Source: Gemmatimonadaceae bacterium
Lineage (GTDB): Bacteria; Gemmatimonadota; Gemmatimonadetes; Gemmatimonadales; Gemmatimonadaceae
NCBI GenBank assembly: GCA_040902005.1
Contig: JBBDYA010000035.1
Span: forward strand, 1-38,253
DNA: 38,253 bases
Reading direction: 5' to 3'
This document shows, piece after piece, positions 7,173 through 16,418 of the stretch (the stretch's first letter is position 1; each line of letters begins with the position of its first letter). A model generated the notes under the pieces. It did no database searches. It was not told where the DNA came from and saw only the letters and a list, made by a program, of their open reading frames with translations. The translations under genes and the position numbers were made by a program.

Positions 7173-9983
7173 ATGATCGCCGAACTGATGGCCCGGGTGC
7201 GCTCGCTCTGGCGCGGTGTCGTCCGCACGCGTGGGGTAGACGCTGACCTCGACGAAGAGTTCACGCTGCACATCGAACTGCGCGCGTCAGACCTGGTGCG
7301 GGCTGGCATGTTACCCGCCGACGCGGCGCGCAAGGCGCGGGCCGAGTTCGGAAGCACGGAGCACCACCTCGAGAACGCGCGCACCGCACGCGGCCTGGGC
7401 TGGTTCGACGAGATGCGATTCTCCTGGCTCGACGTGAAGCTCGGCGGCCGGATGCTGATCAGATACCCGGTGCTGACGATCGTCGGCGGCATTTCCATGG
7501 CGTTCGCCATCTGGGTGGGGGCAGGGACCTTCGAAGCGATTCGCCAACTCGTGTTTCCCGTGATTCCGCTTCCGGAGAGCAACCGGATCGTCGTCATGCA
7601 GAACTGGGACGCGGCGGCGAACCGTCCGGAGTTCCGCGCGACGCACGACTTCGTGGCATGGCGCGAGGCGCTCCAGTCCGTGGACGACCTTGGCGCGTAC
7701 CGTACGGTTACCCGGAACCTCATGATCACCGAGGGGCTGGCCGAACCCGTGTTCACCGCCGAGGTGACGGCATCGGCGTTCCGCGTTTTGCGGGTGCCAC
7801 CGTTGCTCGGACGCACGCTGCTGGACGACGACGAGCGCGCCGACGCGCCGCTGGTCGCTGTGATTGGACACGACCTGTGGCAGAGCCGCTTTCAGGGCGA
7901 TTCCGGTGTCATAGGACGTACGGTTCGCATTACGGGTGCTCCCACGACCATCGTCGGCGTCATGCCGGATGGATTTGCTTTTCCGCAGACGCAGGAGTTG
8001 TGGGCCCCGCTCAGGATCGACGTCACCGGATACGAGCGACGCCAGGGAATGACGATCCGCATCGTCGGGCGCCTGGCGCCTGGCGCGACACTCGGGCAGG
8101 CGCGAACGGAGCTGACGAATCTGGGACGGATTGCCGCAGGTGACTTCCCGCACACCCACGAGCACCTTCGCCCGCAGCTCTTCACGTTTGCCGAGTCGGT
8201 GCGAGCGCTGGGGGGACCCGGCGAGGGGATGACGCTGCTGACGGGCAACGTGTTCGTCGTGATGCTGCTCGTGCTGGTGTGCGCCAACGTGGGGTTGCTG
8301 ATGTTCGCGCGCGCGGCGACACGCGAGGCCGAGATCGTGGTGCGGGCCGCGCTCGGCGCCAGCCGCCGGCGCATCGTCATGCAGTTGTTCGCGGAAGCGC
8401 TCGTGCTCGGCGCCGTCGCGGCCGTCGTGGGACTGACCGCGGCTGGCTGGGGCATGCGGTGGGGGCTCGAGCTCATGCGCGGCGAGCTCACCGACGGCAG
8501 CGGCAACTTTGCGTTCTGGGTCGACGGCACGCTCTCGCCGTTGACCTTCGTGTACACGGCGCTGCTCACTCTTCTCGCTGCCGCGATCGCGGGAGTTCTC
8601 CCGGGGCTCAAGGTCACGCGCAACCTCGGGGATCGTCTCAAGCGCGCGACCGCCGGGGGAGGTGGCACGCAGTTCGGCGGGCTGTGGACCGCCGTGATTG
8701 TCCTGCAGCTCGCGGTGACGATGGGCTTCCCCGTCGTCACGTTCTTCGTGCGCAAGGACGCCGTGCGGATCGAGACGCAGCCGCTGCCCTTCCCCGTCCA
8801 CCAGTATCTCTCGGCTCGCCTCGAGATGGAACGCTTCGCTCCCGAGGCCGGTGCCGACACGAGCGTGGCTGCGTTCCAGGCACGCTACCTGACGGCAACG
8901 ACCCGGCTCGAGGAACGACTGCTGGCGGATCCGGCCGTGTCGGGCGTGGTCATCGCGGAGCTGCTCCCGCGACAGTATCACCAGAACAATCAGGTCGAGG
9001 TCAACGAGGGCTCGGTCGCAGCGCATGACGAACGCGGTCACGTCGTGGCGTCAACCCGGGTCGATCAGAAGTACCTCGACGTGCTCGGCGTCTCGATGTT
9101 GTCCGGCCGCTGGTTCAATAGCAGCGAATCCACTCCGAACAACCGGGTCGCGGTGGTGAACAAGGCCTTCGTCGATCGCGTGATGGGCGGAACGAATCCG
9201 ATCGGGCGGCGCATCCGGTACCCCTGGCGTGGGTTGCGCGACACGTTGCCGTGGTACGAGATCATCGGCGTCGCACCCGACATGGGAACGAACTCCGGAT
9301 GGGGACCCGCGGGGATTTATCACCCGCTCATCCGTAGGGGCACGTATCCGCTGAATGTCGCCATTCAGGTGCGCGGGGATCCCCACGCGTTCGGCCCGCG
9401 TCTTCGCGCCGTCGCGACAGACGTGGACGTGACGTTGCGATTGGCGGAGGTGATGCCCCTGCGGGACGTGGTGAACGCGGAGGTCGCGTTTTACGAGTTC
9501 TGGGTGAAGATGACGACCATCGTCAGCGCGATGGTGCTCGTGCTGTCCCTCGTTGCGATCTATGCCGTCATGTCGTTCGCCGTGTCACGCCGCACGCGAG
9601 AGATCGGCGTCCGTGTCGCGCTGGGGGCGACGCCGCCGCGGATCGTCCGAGCGGTGTTCGCGCAACCGCTGCGACAGCTCGGTATGGGTCTGGCCGCCGG
9701 CACCCTGCTGGTGTGGGCGCTGCTCGGGGGCATCGACGGCGGTCTGCCGTCGGCTGACCAGCTCCTGTTCCTTGGTGGCTACACGGCCGTGATGGCGGCT
9801 GTGTGCCTCATCGCGTGCATCGTGCCGACGCTCCGTGCGCTTCGCGTGGAGCCGACCGAAGCGCTGCGAGACTATTGCCGGCGCCGCGGAACGCGGCGGC
9901 TCGCTGCGCTCGCCGCCGCGAATGGTTATGATCCGGTTGCACCTTGGCCCTGGCGGTTAGATGGACGACATGGCTCCCGTTGA
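7173..9983 (+). CDS. ADOP-type duplicated ABC permease (second copy) with aberrant C-terminal extension
   Basis: LVCANVGLLMFAR, REIGVRVALGA, RVEPTEALR; after EALR the frame runs on through attC-derived sequence instead of stopping. Confidence 0.93.
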   Translation: MIAELMARVRSLWRGVVRTRGVDADLDEEFTLHIELRASDLVRAGMLPADAARKARAEFGSTEHHLENARTARGLGWFDEMRFSWLDVKLGGRMLIRYPVLTIVGGISMAFAIWVGAGTFEAIRQLVFPVIPLPESNRIVVMQNWDAAANRPEFRATHDFVAWREALQSVDDLGAYRTVTRNLMITEGLAEPVFTAEVTASAFRVLRVPPLLGRTLLDDDERADAPLVAVIGHDLWQSRFQGDSGVIGRTVRITGAPTTIVGVMPDGFAFPQTQELWAPLRIDVTGYERRQGMTIRIVGRLAPGATLGQARTELTNLGRIAAGDFPHTHEHLRPQLFTFAESVRALGGPGEGMTLLTGNVFVVMLLVLVCANVGLLMFARAATREAEIVVRAALGASRRRIVMQLFAEALVLGAVAAVVGLTAAGWGMRWGLELMRGELTDGSGNFAFWVDGTLSPLTFVYTALLTLLAAAIAGVLPGLKVTRNLGDRLKRATAGGGGTQFGGLWTAVIVLQLAVTMGFPVVTFFVRKDAVRIETQPLPFPVHQYLSARLEMERFAPEAGADTSVAAFQARYLTATTRLEERLLADPAVSGVVIAELLPRQYHQNNQVEVNEGSVAAHDERGHVVASTRVDQKYLDVLGVSMLSGRWFNSSESTPNNRVAVVNKAFVDRVMGGTNPIGRRIRYPWRGLRDTLPWYEIIGVAPDMGTNSGWGPAGIYHPLIRRGTYPLNVAIQVRGDPHAFGPRLRAVATDVDVTLRLAEVMPLRDVVNAEVAFYEFWVKMTTIVSAMVLVLSLVAIYAVMSFAVSRRTREIGVRVALGATPPRIVRAVFAQPLRQLGMGLAAGTLLVWALLGGIDGGLPSADQLLFLGGYTAVMAAVCLIACIVPTLRALRVEPTEALRDYCRRRGTRRLAALAAANGYDPVAPWPWRLDGRHGSR
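9881..9962 (+). mobile_element. attC right-half remnant
   Basis: GCGGCGGCTCGCTGCGCTCGCCGCCGC is nearly identical to the attC1 central hairpin; ends TGGCG-GTTAGAT (R' 9956-9962), same context as attC3. Confidence 0.7.
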
Positions 9984-9995
9984 GGGGTAGGTCGA

Positions 9996-10595
9996 ATGCC
10001 TTCTTTGCGATCTGTTTATTTCGTCGTGTTCGAGGGTTTCGCCGACTGGGAGCCTGCGCACGCCTTGGCCGAACTCCGCCGCTTCGGACATCGCTCCATC
10101 CGGACCATCGGTTTCAGCAGCGCTCCGGTGCACTCCATGGGCGGCGTACAGGTCCAGCCACATTCCACGCTGAGTGACGTGCGGTCGGCGGATGTCGAAT
10201 TGCTCCTTCTGCCCGGTGGTGATCTGTGGTCCGCAGGTCAGTATCCTCGACCCGAGCTGGAGCGCCTTCTCCAGGAACTCGTGTCCGCGGATGTACCCAT
10301 CGCAGCGATTTGCGGTGCGACGATCGCGCTCGCTCGGGCCGGTATTCTGAACAAGCGGCAGCACACGAGCACCATGCGCAGCGATCTTTCTGCCAGCGGC
10401 CCGGAGTACGCGGGCTCGGCACTCTACCGGGATGCCCTGGTGGTGCGAGACGCTCGCGTGATCACGGCGAGCGGCCTCGGCGCCGTGGATTTTGCGCGCG
10501 CGATTCTTCATGAGCTCAGGGTGTTTGACGCCGCGGACGAACAGGTGTGGTTTGACATGTACAAACATGGCAGACTTCCAGAAGGCGCCACCTAG
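9996..10595 (+). CDS. DJ-1/PfpI family protein (probable cassette)
   Basis: FADWEPA, LLLPGGD, AAICGAT nucleophile motif, RVITASG; CCACCTAGC at the stop approximates CCATCTAAC, the complement of the upstream GTTAGATGG. Confidence 0.9.
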   Translation: MPSLRSVYFVVFEGFADWEPAHALAELRRFGHRSIRTIGFSSAPVHSMGGVQVQPHSTLSDVRSADVELLLLPGGDLWSAGQYPRPELERLLQELVSADVPIAAICGATIALARAGILNKRQHTSTMRSDLSASGPEYAGSALYRDALVVRDARVITASGLGAVDFARAILHELRVFDAADEQVWFDMYKHGRLPEGAT

Positions 10596-10712
10596 CGCCA
10601 TCAGAGAGTTTTCGCGCAAGAGGGCAGACGAAGAGAACGTGACGCGCCAGGTCACCTGGCGGTGCTGGCAGTGCCATCAACCGTCATCGGCGCACACAAA
10701 TGGGAGTTCTCA

Positions 10713-11531
10713 ATGGGGAAGCGATCTCGGTTACTTGCGGGACTTTTCGCACTTTTCGTTCTCTCCGCGCGCGGGACCGCGCAATCTGTACACACCGGTG
10801 GGGCCAGCATTCACTATGAGGTGCAGGGCGCCGGCTCGCCCCTCCTTCTCATTCATGGCTTTGGAAGCTGCGGCAAGCAGACGTGGGCGCCTTACCTCGA
10901 TGAGCTGAAGGCGCATTACCGCGGGATCGTAGTGGACCTCCGGGGACATGGTGCATCGACGAACCCGGCCGGGACGTTCACGCATCGTCAGGCAGCGCGG
11001 GACCTGTTCGCGCTCCTCGATTCACTGGGCATTCAGCGATTCCGCGCCATCGGCGTCAGCAGCGGCGCGATGACCCTGCTGCACATGGCGACACAGCAGC
11101 CACTCCGGGTCGACGCCATGATCCTGGTGAGCGGGACGACGTACTTTCCCGCGGAAGCGCGCCGGATCATGCGCCGGTTTGCCACGCCCGACAGCATCCC
11201 CGCGCCGGTCAAACAACTCTATGCCGAGTGCGCGACGCGCGGGGCGACGCAGGTCGGCGAGTTACTGGCGCAATTCAGCGCGTTCAAGGACTCGTATGAC
11301 GACATGAACTTCACGCCGCCGCTGCTCGGCACGATCCAGGCGCGAACCCTTGTTGTGCACGGGGATCGCGATCCGTTCTTCCCGGTCGCTATCCCGGTCG
11401 AGCTCTACCGCTCGATCCCGCGCGCGGCACTTTGGGTTGTACCGACAACGGGTCATGAGTTCCCGCGGAGCAAGACGGCGTTTCTCGACGCCGCGCTGAA
11501 TTTCCTGCAACCTCCATCGCAGCGCCCGTGA
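10713..11531 (+). CDS. Exported alpha/beta hydrolase
   Basis: Signal peptide; LLIHGFG, DLRGHG, GVSSG nucleophile elbow, HGDRD, TGHE. Confidence 0.9.
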   Translation: MGKRSRLLAGLFALFVLSARGTAQSVHTGGASIHYEVQGAGSPLLLIHGFGSCGKQTWAPYLDELKAHYRGIVVDLRGHGASTNPAGTFTHRQAARDLFALLDSLGIQRFRAIGVSSGAMTLLHMATQQPLRVDAMILVSGTTYFPAEARRIMRRFATPDSIPAPVKQLYAECATRGATQVGELLAQFSAFKDSYDDMNFTPPLLGTIQARTLVVHGDRDPFFPVAIPVELYRSIPRAALWVVPTTGHEFPRSKTAFLDAALNFLQPPSQRP

Positions 11532-11568
11532 CGTCGGGTGGCGGATCCCAGGAGCATCACACCCGACG
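11532..11568. terminator. Stem-loop between convergent genes
   Basis: CGTCGGGTG (11532-11540) / CACCCGACG (11560-11568); no clear U-tract. Confidence 0.35.
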
Positions 11569-11599
11569 CGCGGCGGCCCGTGGCGACGCCCGCAAACAA

Positions 11600-13276
11600 C
11601 TACGGGCAGACCACCGACGGCTGGTTGGCGATGGGCACGGTGGAGAACGGCGTGTAGCGCGATGCCGGCACCGTGGGCGGCGGTGTCGTTGGCCCACTTG
11701 CCGAGCCCCACCAGTTGCACTGGTAGTTGCTCGACACGGCGCCCGACGCGGCGACAAAGGAACTCAGGGCGCCCGCGAGATCGTTGCGCTGGAACGTCAC
11801 GATGTTTGTGGCCGTCGGCTGACTGAACGCGAACACTCCGCCCAGGATCACGTTGTCGCGCGCGTCCGCGGGGCCCCTCGCGAAGATGATGCCCGTGAAC
11901 GCGTCAACGATACGGTTGCGGCGGATGGTGTGGGTAACCGTCGTATTGAACGGATCGTCGATCGAGACGCCGGCGTTCAGCGCCCACCCGCCTGGCGTGG
12001 TGGGAGCCGCTCCGGTCGCATGGGAAACGATCTCGTTATCCTCGATCACGAGGTGGCCGACCGGTGGGGAACCCGGCGGCGCGACCCCTCGGCTGACGGT
12101 GATTGCGGCCGATTGCAGGAGCACGTGTCCCATCTGGGTGATCCGATTTCGCGCGATTGTGACCGCGCCTTCAACGCTGAACACGGTGATGCACCCCCGG
12201 CTGGGTCCGGGTCGCTGGCAGTGATTAAAGATGTTGTCCTCCACCGTGCCAAGCCCGTAGTTGACTCCTCCACCGAAACTCGTGGAATACAGCACGGCGC
12301 TTGAATCGAATCGGGAACGGCGCACGTTCGTCGGCGTCGCGCCCACCGCGAAGACGGCAATGTCGACGCCGCGGAAATGACTGTGCGTGATCTCCGTGAC
12401 CGCACCCGGAACCGGACTGAAAAACGTTTCAATCGCGAACTCAGTGGTTCCGCGCCCCACGAACCAGGCGCTGTCGATCTCTACGCGATCGAACACGCCG
12501 ACGGTGTTGGACCGGCCTATCACGAGGGCACGGCCTCGCATCGCAAATCCGATATCCACAAAGCGTACAAGCCCGGACGGCACGCTATCCACCCAGATCG
12601 CCGGCGGGGATCCTTGATTCCCGCCAGACGACAACGTGTCACCCAGCGTGGCGCCACCAGGATTCTGAGACCGGATCGTGAGCGGCCGGTTCACGTGCGC
12701 CTCCGAAATGTCCCACTCGCCGTCACACACCACGATCGTCCCGTCCGGATCCGTGGCGTTGATCGCGGCCTGAAGGTCGAGATACGCGCCCGGCCCGCCC
12801 GCGGGGCAGAACAACGTCGCCCCGCGCTGGCCCGCCAGCGCGATCTCCAGGAAACTCCCCGGCGCGCCGGCAAGCGTCACCGCGAGCGTCGCCGTCGCGC
12901 CCGGCGACACGGCGAACGTCCAGCCCGCCGCCTGCTGGTTGAAGTCCGAAGGGGTGAGCACCGGGATGCCGTCGAGCAGCACCGTGGCGGCCGACACGCG
13001 ATTGGTGCCGTTGGCGTTGCCGTTCTGCACCCGCAGCTCGAACGGGGCGGCGTAGCCTGCCGTCGAGATGGTGACGGCCTCGGTGAACGGCTGGCCGCGC
13101 TGCCGTGTGAACCGTGCCGGGCCGAAGAACTCGGTGAGTGTCGTTGAGAAGGCCGGTCCGGTGGCGACGGGCGCGAACGTCGGCGCGGTCGGCGTCAGGT
13201 CGCTGCACGACAGGGCTGCCACAAGGGCCGCAGGGAGCAGGCACCAGTTCCAACCGAGACGCGAACGCGTGTGCAT
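11600..13276 (-). CDS. Secreted lipoprotein: N-terminal beta-sandwich plus right-handed parallel beta-helix (pectin-lyase-like)
   Basis: GGAGG RBS before ATG 13276; ALSC lipobox; DLQAAINA...TIVVCDG beta-helix cap; repeated xxNxI strands; NWWGSASGP tail. Confidence 0.75.
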   Translation of the reverse strand: MHTRSRLGWNWCLLPAALVAALSCSDLTPTAPTFAPVATGPAFSTTLTEFFGPARFTRQRGQPFTEAVTISTAGYAAPFELRVQNGNANGTNRVSAATVLLDGIPVLTPSDFNQQAAGWTFAVSPGATATLAVTLAGAPGSFLEIALAGQRGATLFCPAGGPGAYLDLQAAINATDPDGTIVVCDGEWDISEAHVNRPLTIRSQNPGGATLGDTLSSGGNQGSPPAIWVDSVPSGLVRFVDIGFAMRGRALVIGRSNTVGVFDRVEIDSAWFVGRGTTEFAIETFFSPVPGAVTEITHSHFRGVDIAVFAVGATPTNVRRSRFDSSAVLYSTSFGGGVNYGLGTVEDNIFNHCQRPGPSRGCITVFSVEGAVTIARNRITQMGHVLLQSAAITVSRGVAPPGSPPVGHLVIEDNEIVSHATGAAPTTPGGWALNAGVSIDDPFNTTVTHTIRRNRIVDAFTGIIFARGPADARDNVILGGVFAFSQPTATNIVTFQRNDLAGALSSFVAASGAVSSNYQCNWWGSASGPTTPPPTVPASRYTPFSTVPIANQPSVVCP

Positions 13277-13560
13277 GGCGGCCCTCCGGCCATTCGTTTT
13301 TCCGTACAATCACAATCACTATCGCTCCCGCCTGCGTCGACGAAAGCGCCCCAATCTGGCTTTGCCCGAGTCGCCCGGCAAGACCGCCTGACAGGGCCCC
13401 ACCATAAGGATGTCCCGAGCCTGGATCATCGAACTAAAGCGTTTCCGCGATCCTGCCGCTCACCCCGGCCCTTGCCATATGGCCAGAGCGGGCTCCTATT
13501 GAGTCAGGGAGTTCAAACTCCCGTCGGTATCGGTTCCCTCACCCCAACCCCGGAGGAAGC

Positions 13561-15048
13561 ATGTCCAGATCCCGCTTCCCGTGGGGGGCGTTCCTGGTCC
13601 TGGCCACTGCGACGGCTTGCGACGCGCCCACCGCGCTCCCCCTCTCTCCCGGCCTCGCTGCTGCCGCCCGCGCGTCGGGCGCCGCCACCGTCACCAATCC
13701 CGCCGAGTACGATGACAACGGCAACGGGATCGTGTGTGTGAAAACGGTCCCCGCGTCGGGGAAGGCGTCTCCGCGTGCCGGCGAGCGGACGATCGCGAGG
13801 GACGACGATGGCGCCGGCGGCTGCCCCGGCGGGTTCGAGGCCGTGAGCCTGGTCCAGCCGCGGACCGTGGCCAGCGGGTCGTCCCACGCCTGCGCCCTTG
13901 ACGGCGCCGGCGCCGCCTGGTGCTGGGGGTCCAGCGCCAATGGGGCCCTCGGCGTGCCGGGCGTGACGCAGTCACTCACGCCGGTCCAGGTGCAGGGCGC
14001 CCCGCCCCTGGTCTCCCTCGTCGCGGGCAACAACTTCACGTGCGGGCTGGACGAAGCGCGTGCGGCGTGGTGCTGGGGGTGGAACATCGGCGGACAGCTG
14101 GGCGCCGGGGACCCGCTACTCCCGTTCAGCGATGCGCCAGTCCCGGTGGCCGGCGGCATCGCGTTCGCGGCCCTCGACGCCGGGGAACGGCACGCCTGTG
14201 GCATGGACGACGCGGGGCAGCTCTTCTGCTGGGGCAGCAATAATAATGGCGCCCTCGGTGTGGTGGGCCCAGACGCATTCGCGCCCGTCGCCGGCGCTGG
14301 GGCCCTGCGCTTCCGGTCAGTGGATGCGGGGCTGATCGCCACCTGCGGAATCGCCACCGATGACCAGACATGGTGCTGGGGCAGTGACGTCTGGAACCAG
14401 GGCGGCAACGGGGTCGTTGCCAGCGGCCCGACACCGAGCCCGGTGGCCTCGCCTCCCCTCTTCGAGAGCATCGGCTTCGGCGCCGTCGGCGGCTGCGGCC
14501 TGGACGACGCCGGCGCCGCGTGGTGCTGGAGCACCTTCCCGCTCAACTACGGCTGGCTTGGCAACGGCACCTTCGCCGGCAGCTCCGTTCCGGTCCCGGT
14601 CAGCGGCGGTCACGTCTTCCGCGCGATCCACAGCGCGGACGCGAACAACATCCTCTGGTACCAGTGCGGCATCGACGACGCCAATGCCGCCCGCTGCTGG
14701 GGATCGAACTTCTACGGTCAGCTGGGCACTGCGGCGTCCATGGCCGCCTGCCCGGAGGCCGGACCCGGCGGGCCGCATCCCTGCAGCGAGGTCCCCGTGG
14801 CCGTCGAGGGCGGCCATGCCTGGGCCGAGATCGACGCAGGCCTGGGTTTCGTCTGCGGACGCACCACCGCCAACGCGCTCTACTGCTGGGGTCGCAATGA
14901 AACTGGCACCCTCGGGGACGGCACGCTGACCAGCCGGCACCTTCCCGGCCCCGTGGCCTTCGGCGCACCGCTGCTAGCGGCCGCGTCGATCCACGGCGAT
15001 CCCGCGAGCGCCGGTGGCGCGGCGGACGCGCGTATCCTGAAGGACTGA
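13561..15048 (+). CDS. RCC1-like repeat beta-propeller lipoprotein
   Basis: ATAC lipobox; about seven H/F-x-C-x-L-x3-G-x3-CWG-x-N-x2-GQLG repeats; RBS GGAGG. Confidence 0.9.
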   Translation: MSRSRFPWGAFLVLATATACDAPTALPLSPGLAAAARASGAATVTNPAEYDDNGNGIVCVKTVPASGKASPRAGERTIARDDDGAGGCPGGFEAVSLVQPRTVASGSSHACALDGAGAAWCWGSSANGALGVPGVTQSLTPVQVQGAPPLVSLVAGNNFTCGLDEARAAWCWGWNIGGQLGAGDPLLPFSDAPVPVAGGIAFAALDAGERHACGMDDAGQLFCWGSNNNGALGVVGPDAFAPVAGAGALRFRSVDAGLIATCGIATDDQTWCWGSDVWNQGGNGVVASGPTPSPVASPPLFESIGFGAVGGCGLDDAGAAWCWSTFPLNYGWLGNGTFAGSSVPVPVSGGHVFRAIHSADANNILWYQCGIDDANAARCWGSNFYGQLGTAASMAACPEAGPGGPHPCSEVPVAVEGGHAWAEIDAGLGFVCGRTTANALYCWGRNETGTLGDGTLTSRHLPGPVAFGAPLLAAASIHGDPASAGGAADARILKD

Positions 15049-15229
15049 CCGCAGCTTCGGGCGGGGCGAGGAGATCGTAAGGCCCCCGCCCTCGCCCAGC
15101 CAGTTGGAGCGCAGGGCGACCCCGTGGCCGCCCCAAACAAACGGCGGCTTCGCGGCCGGACATCGTCCGCGGCGCTATCGCTGATTCGTGCATGCTTCGC
15201 GAATCCTCATACCCTGCTCAACTGTGGCG

Positions 15230-15372
15230 AGCAGGACTCCGATGAGGCACCCATCACGGACTCGCAGCACAGTGAGTTGCTGCGCCGGATCGACGCCTAC
15301 CGTCGTGATCCAAAGGCAGGAGCCGCCTGGACCGCGGTGAGGTCGCGAATCGAATCACGCCGGCTGCGGTGA
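15230..15372 (+). pseudogene. Addiction-module antitoxin remnant (C-terminal half)
   Basis: PITDSQHSELLRRIDAYRRDPKAGAAWTAVRSRI resembles the C-terminus of putative addiction-module components; no plausible N-terminal half; GTGA overlap with the toxin. Confidence 0.65.
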
Positions 15373-15596
15373 GCTCCAACTTCGTGGTTCGGCCCGAGGC
15401 TGAGGCTGACATCGATGAGGCATATGGCTGGTACGAAGAGCGGTCGAGCGGACTTGGCGCTCGCTTTCTCGACGCGGTCGAAGTGACAACAGGATGGATG
15501 CGCGAATCACGCTGGAGATTCCGCCGAAGCATCGCGATCCCGACCTCGTCATCGCGTGCATGCACGCCAGCCGTGATCCACGGCGTTGGCTAAAGA
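15369..15596 (+). pseudogene. RelE/ParE-family toxin, internally deleted and frameshifted
   Basis: VRPEAEADIDEAYGWYEERSSGLGARFLDAV in one frame; C-terminal motif LVIACMHASRDPRRW in another; the central RRFPY-type segment is absent. Confidence 0.75.
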
Positions 15597-15727
15597 AAAT
15601 CCTGGCTGGCGTGGATCGATTGTCCTATGCTATCCACCTACCAATGGCGGTCGGGCCGGAGTCGTGCCCTGGAGCGCATCCACGCGCCCGGGGGGGGTCG
15701 ACTGTCTCGCCAAGGGAGAACCTGACC

Positions 15728-16276
15728 ATGTGCATCGCAAGGACGATGGCTCGCCTGTGGAAGCCCGGAGTCGCGGGACTCGTCGTGTTGCTCGGCGCGG
15801 CGTGCGGTGACTCGGGTTCGGAACCGGAGCTGATCTTTGAACTCAGCGATCTGAGCGCGCCGGGGCCGAACCAGGCGAACGTCATGCTGTCCGGCGAAGG
15901 TTTTGGCGACGGCTCCGACGTGAACGACGTACCCGCGGGCCGCACCGACACGTACGCGGTGCGCCTCGATGACTTCGGCGTGATGCTGCCGAGCGTGGTG
16001 TACGACAACGCCGCCGGGCTTGGACATGGCTATGTCCTGTTCGAGCTCGATGTGGTTACTGCGGCGGGTACGCGATCGACCAGCGAGGCCGGCGTCTCGT
16101 TCCAGTGGAACTCCCCGGGAGGCCAGACGTTCTTCCCCACCGGACCCTGCACCATTGTGATCACCGCGCCACCGGCCGGAACGGGCTCCCAGTACCGTGG
16201 CGAAACCGCGTGCGAGGTGACCTCCGGGGGCTTCACCTTCACGGCGCTGGTCAAGTTCAACCGCGTTGTCGACTAG
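15728..16276 (+). CDS. Hypothetical lipoprotein
   Basis: GAAC lipobox; RBS AGGGAG before ATG 15728 (alternative start 15746). Confidence 0.7.
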   Translation: MCIARTMARLWKPGVAGLVVLLGAACGDSGSEPELIFELSDLSAPGPNQANVMLSGEGFGDGSDVNDVPAGRTDTYAVRLDDFGVMLPSVVYDNAAGLGHGYVLFELDVVTAAGTRSTSEAGVSFQWNSPGGQTFFPTGPCTIVITAPPAGTGSQYRGETACEVTSGGFTFTALVKFNRVVD

Positions 16277-16319
16277 GATCACGCTACGCGAAGTATCGCG
16301 TGCGCGCCGGATGTTTGCG

Positions 16320-16348
16320 TTGACCGTTGCACGAGCCCGACGTACGAT
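16320..16348 (+). promoter_or_regulatory. Sigma70-like promoter upstream of the Kelch gene
   Basis: TTGACC-17 nt-TACGAT. Confidence 0.55.
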
Positions 16349-16418
16349 GACACTGCTGCCGTAGACCCGCTGAGGCGGGACCCGCCGCTGTGCTGATTCC
16401 CACACAACCGAAAGACCA

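Noticed and set aside
15494..15727. N-terminal extension of the 15494-16276 ORF
   Set aside because: Consists of the out-of-frame ParE tail plus intergenic DNA; RBS and lipoprotein signal indicate a start at 15728/15746
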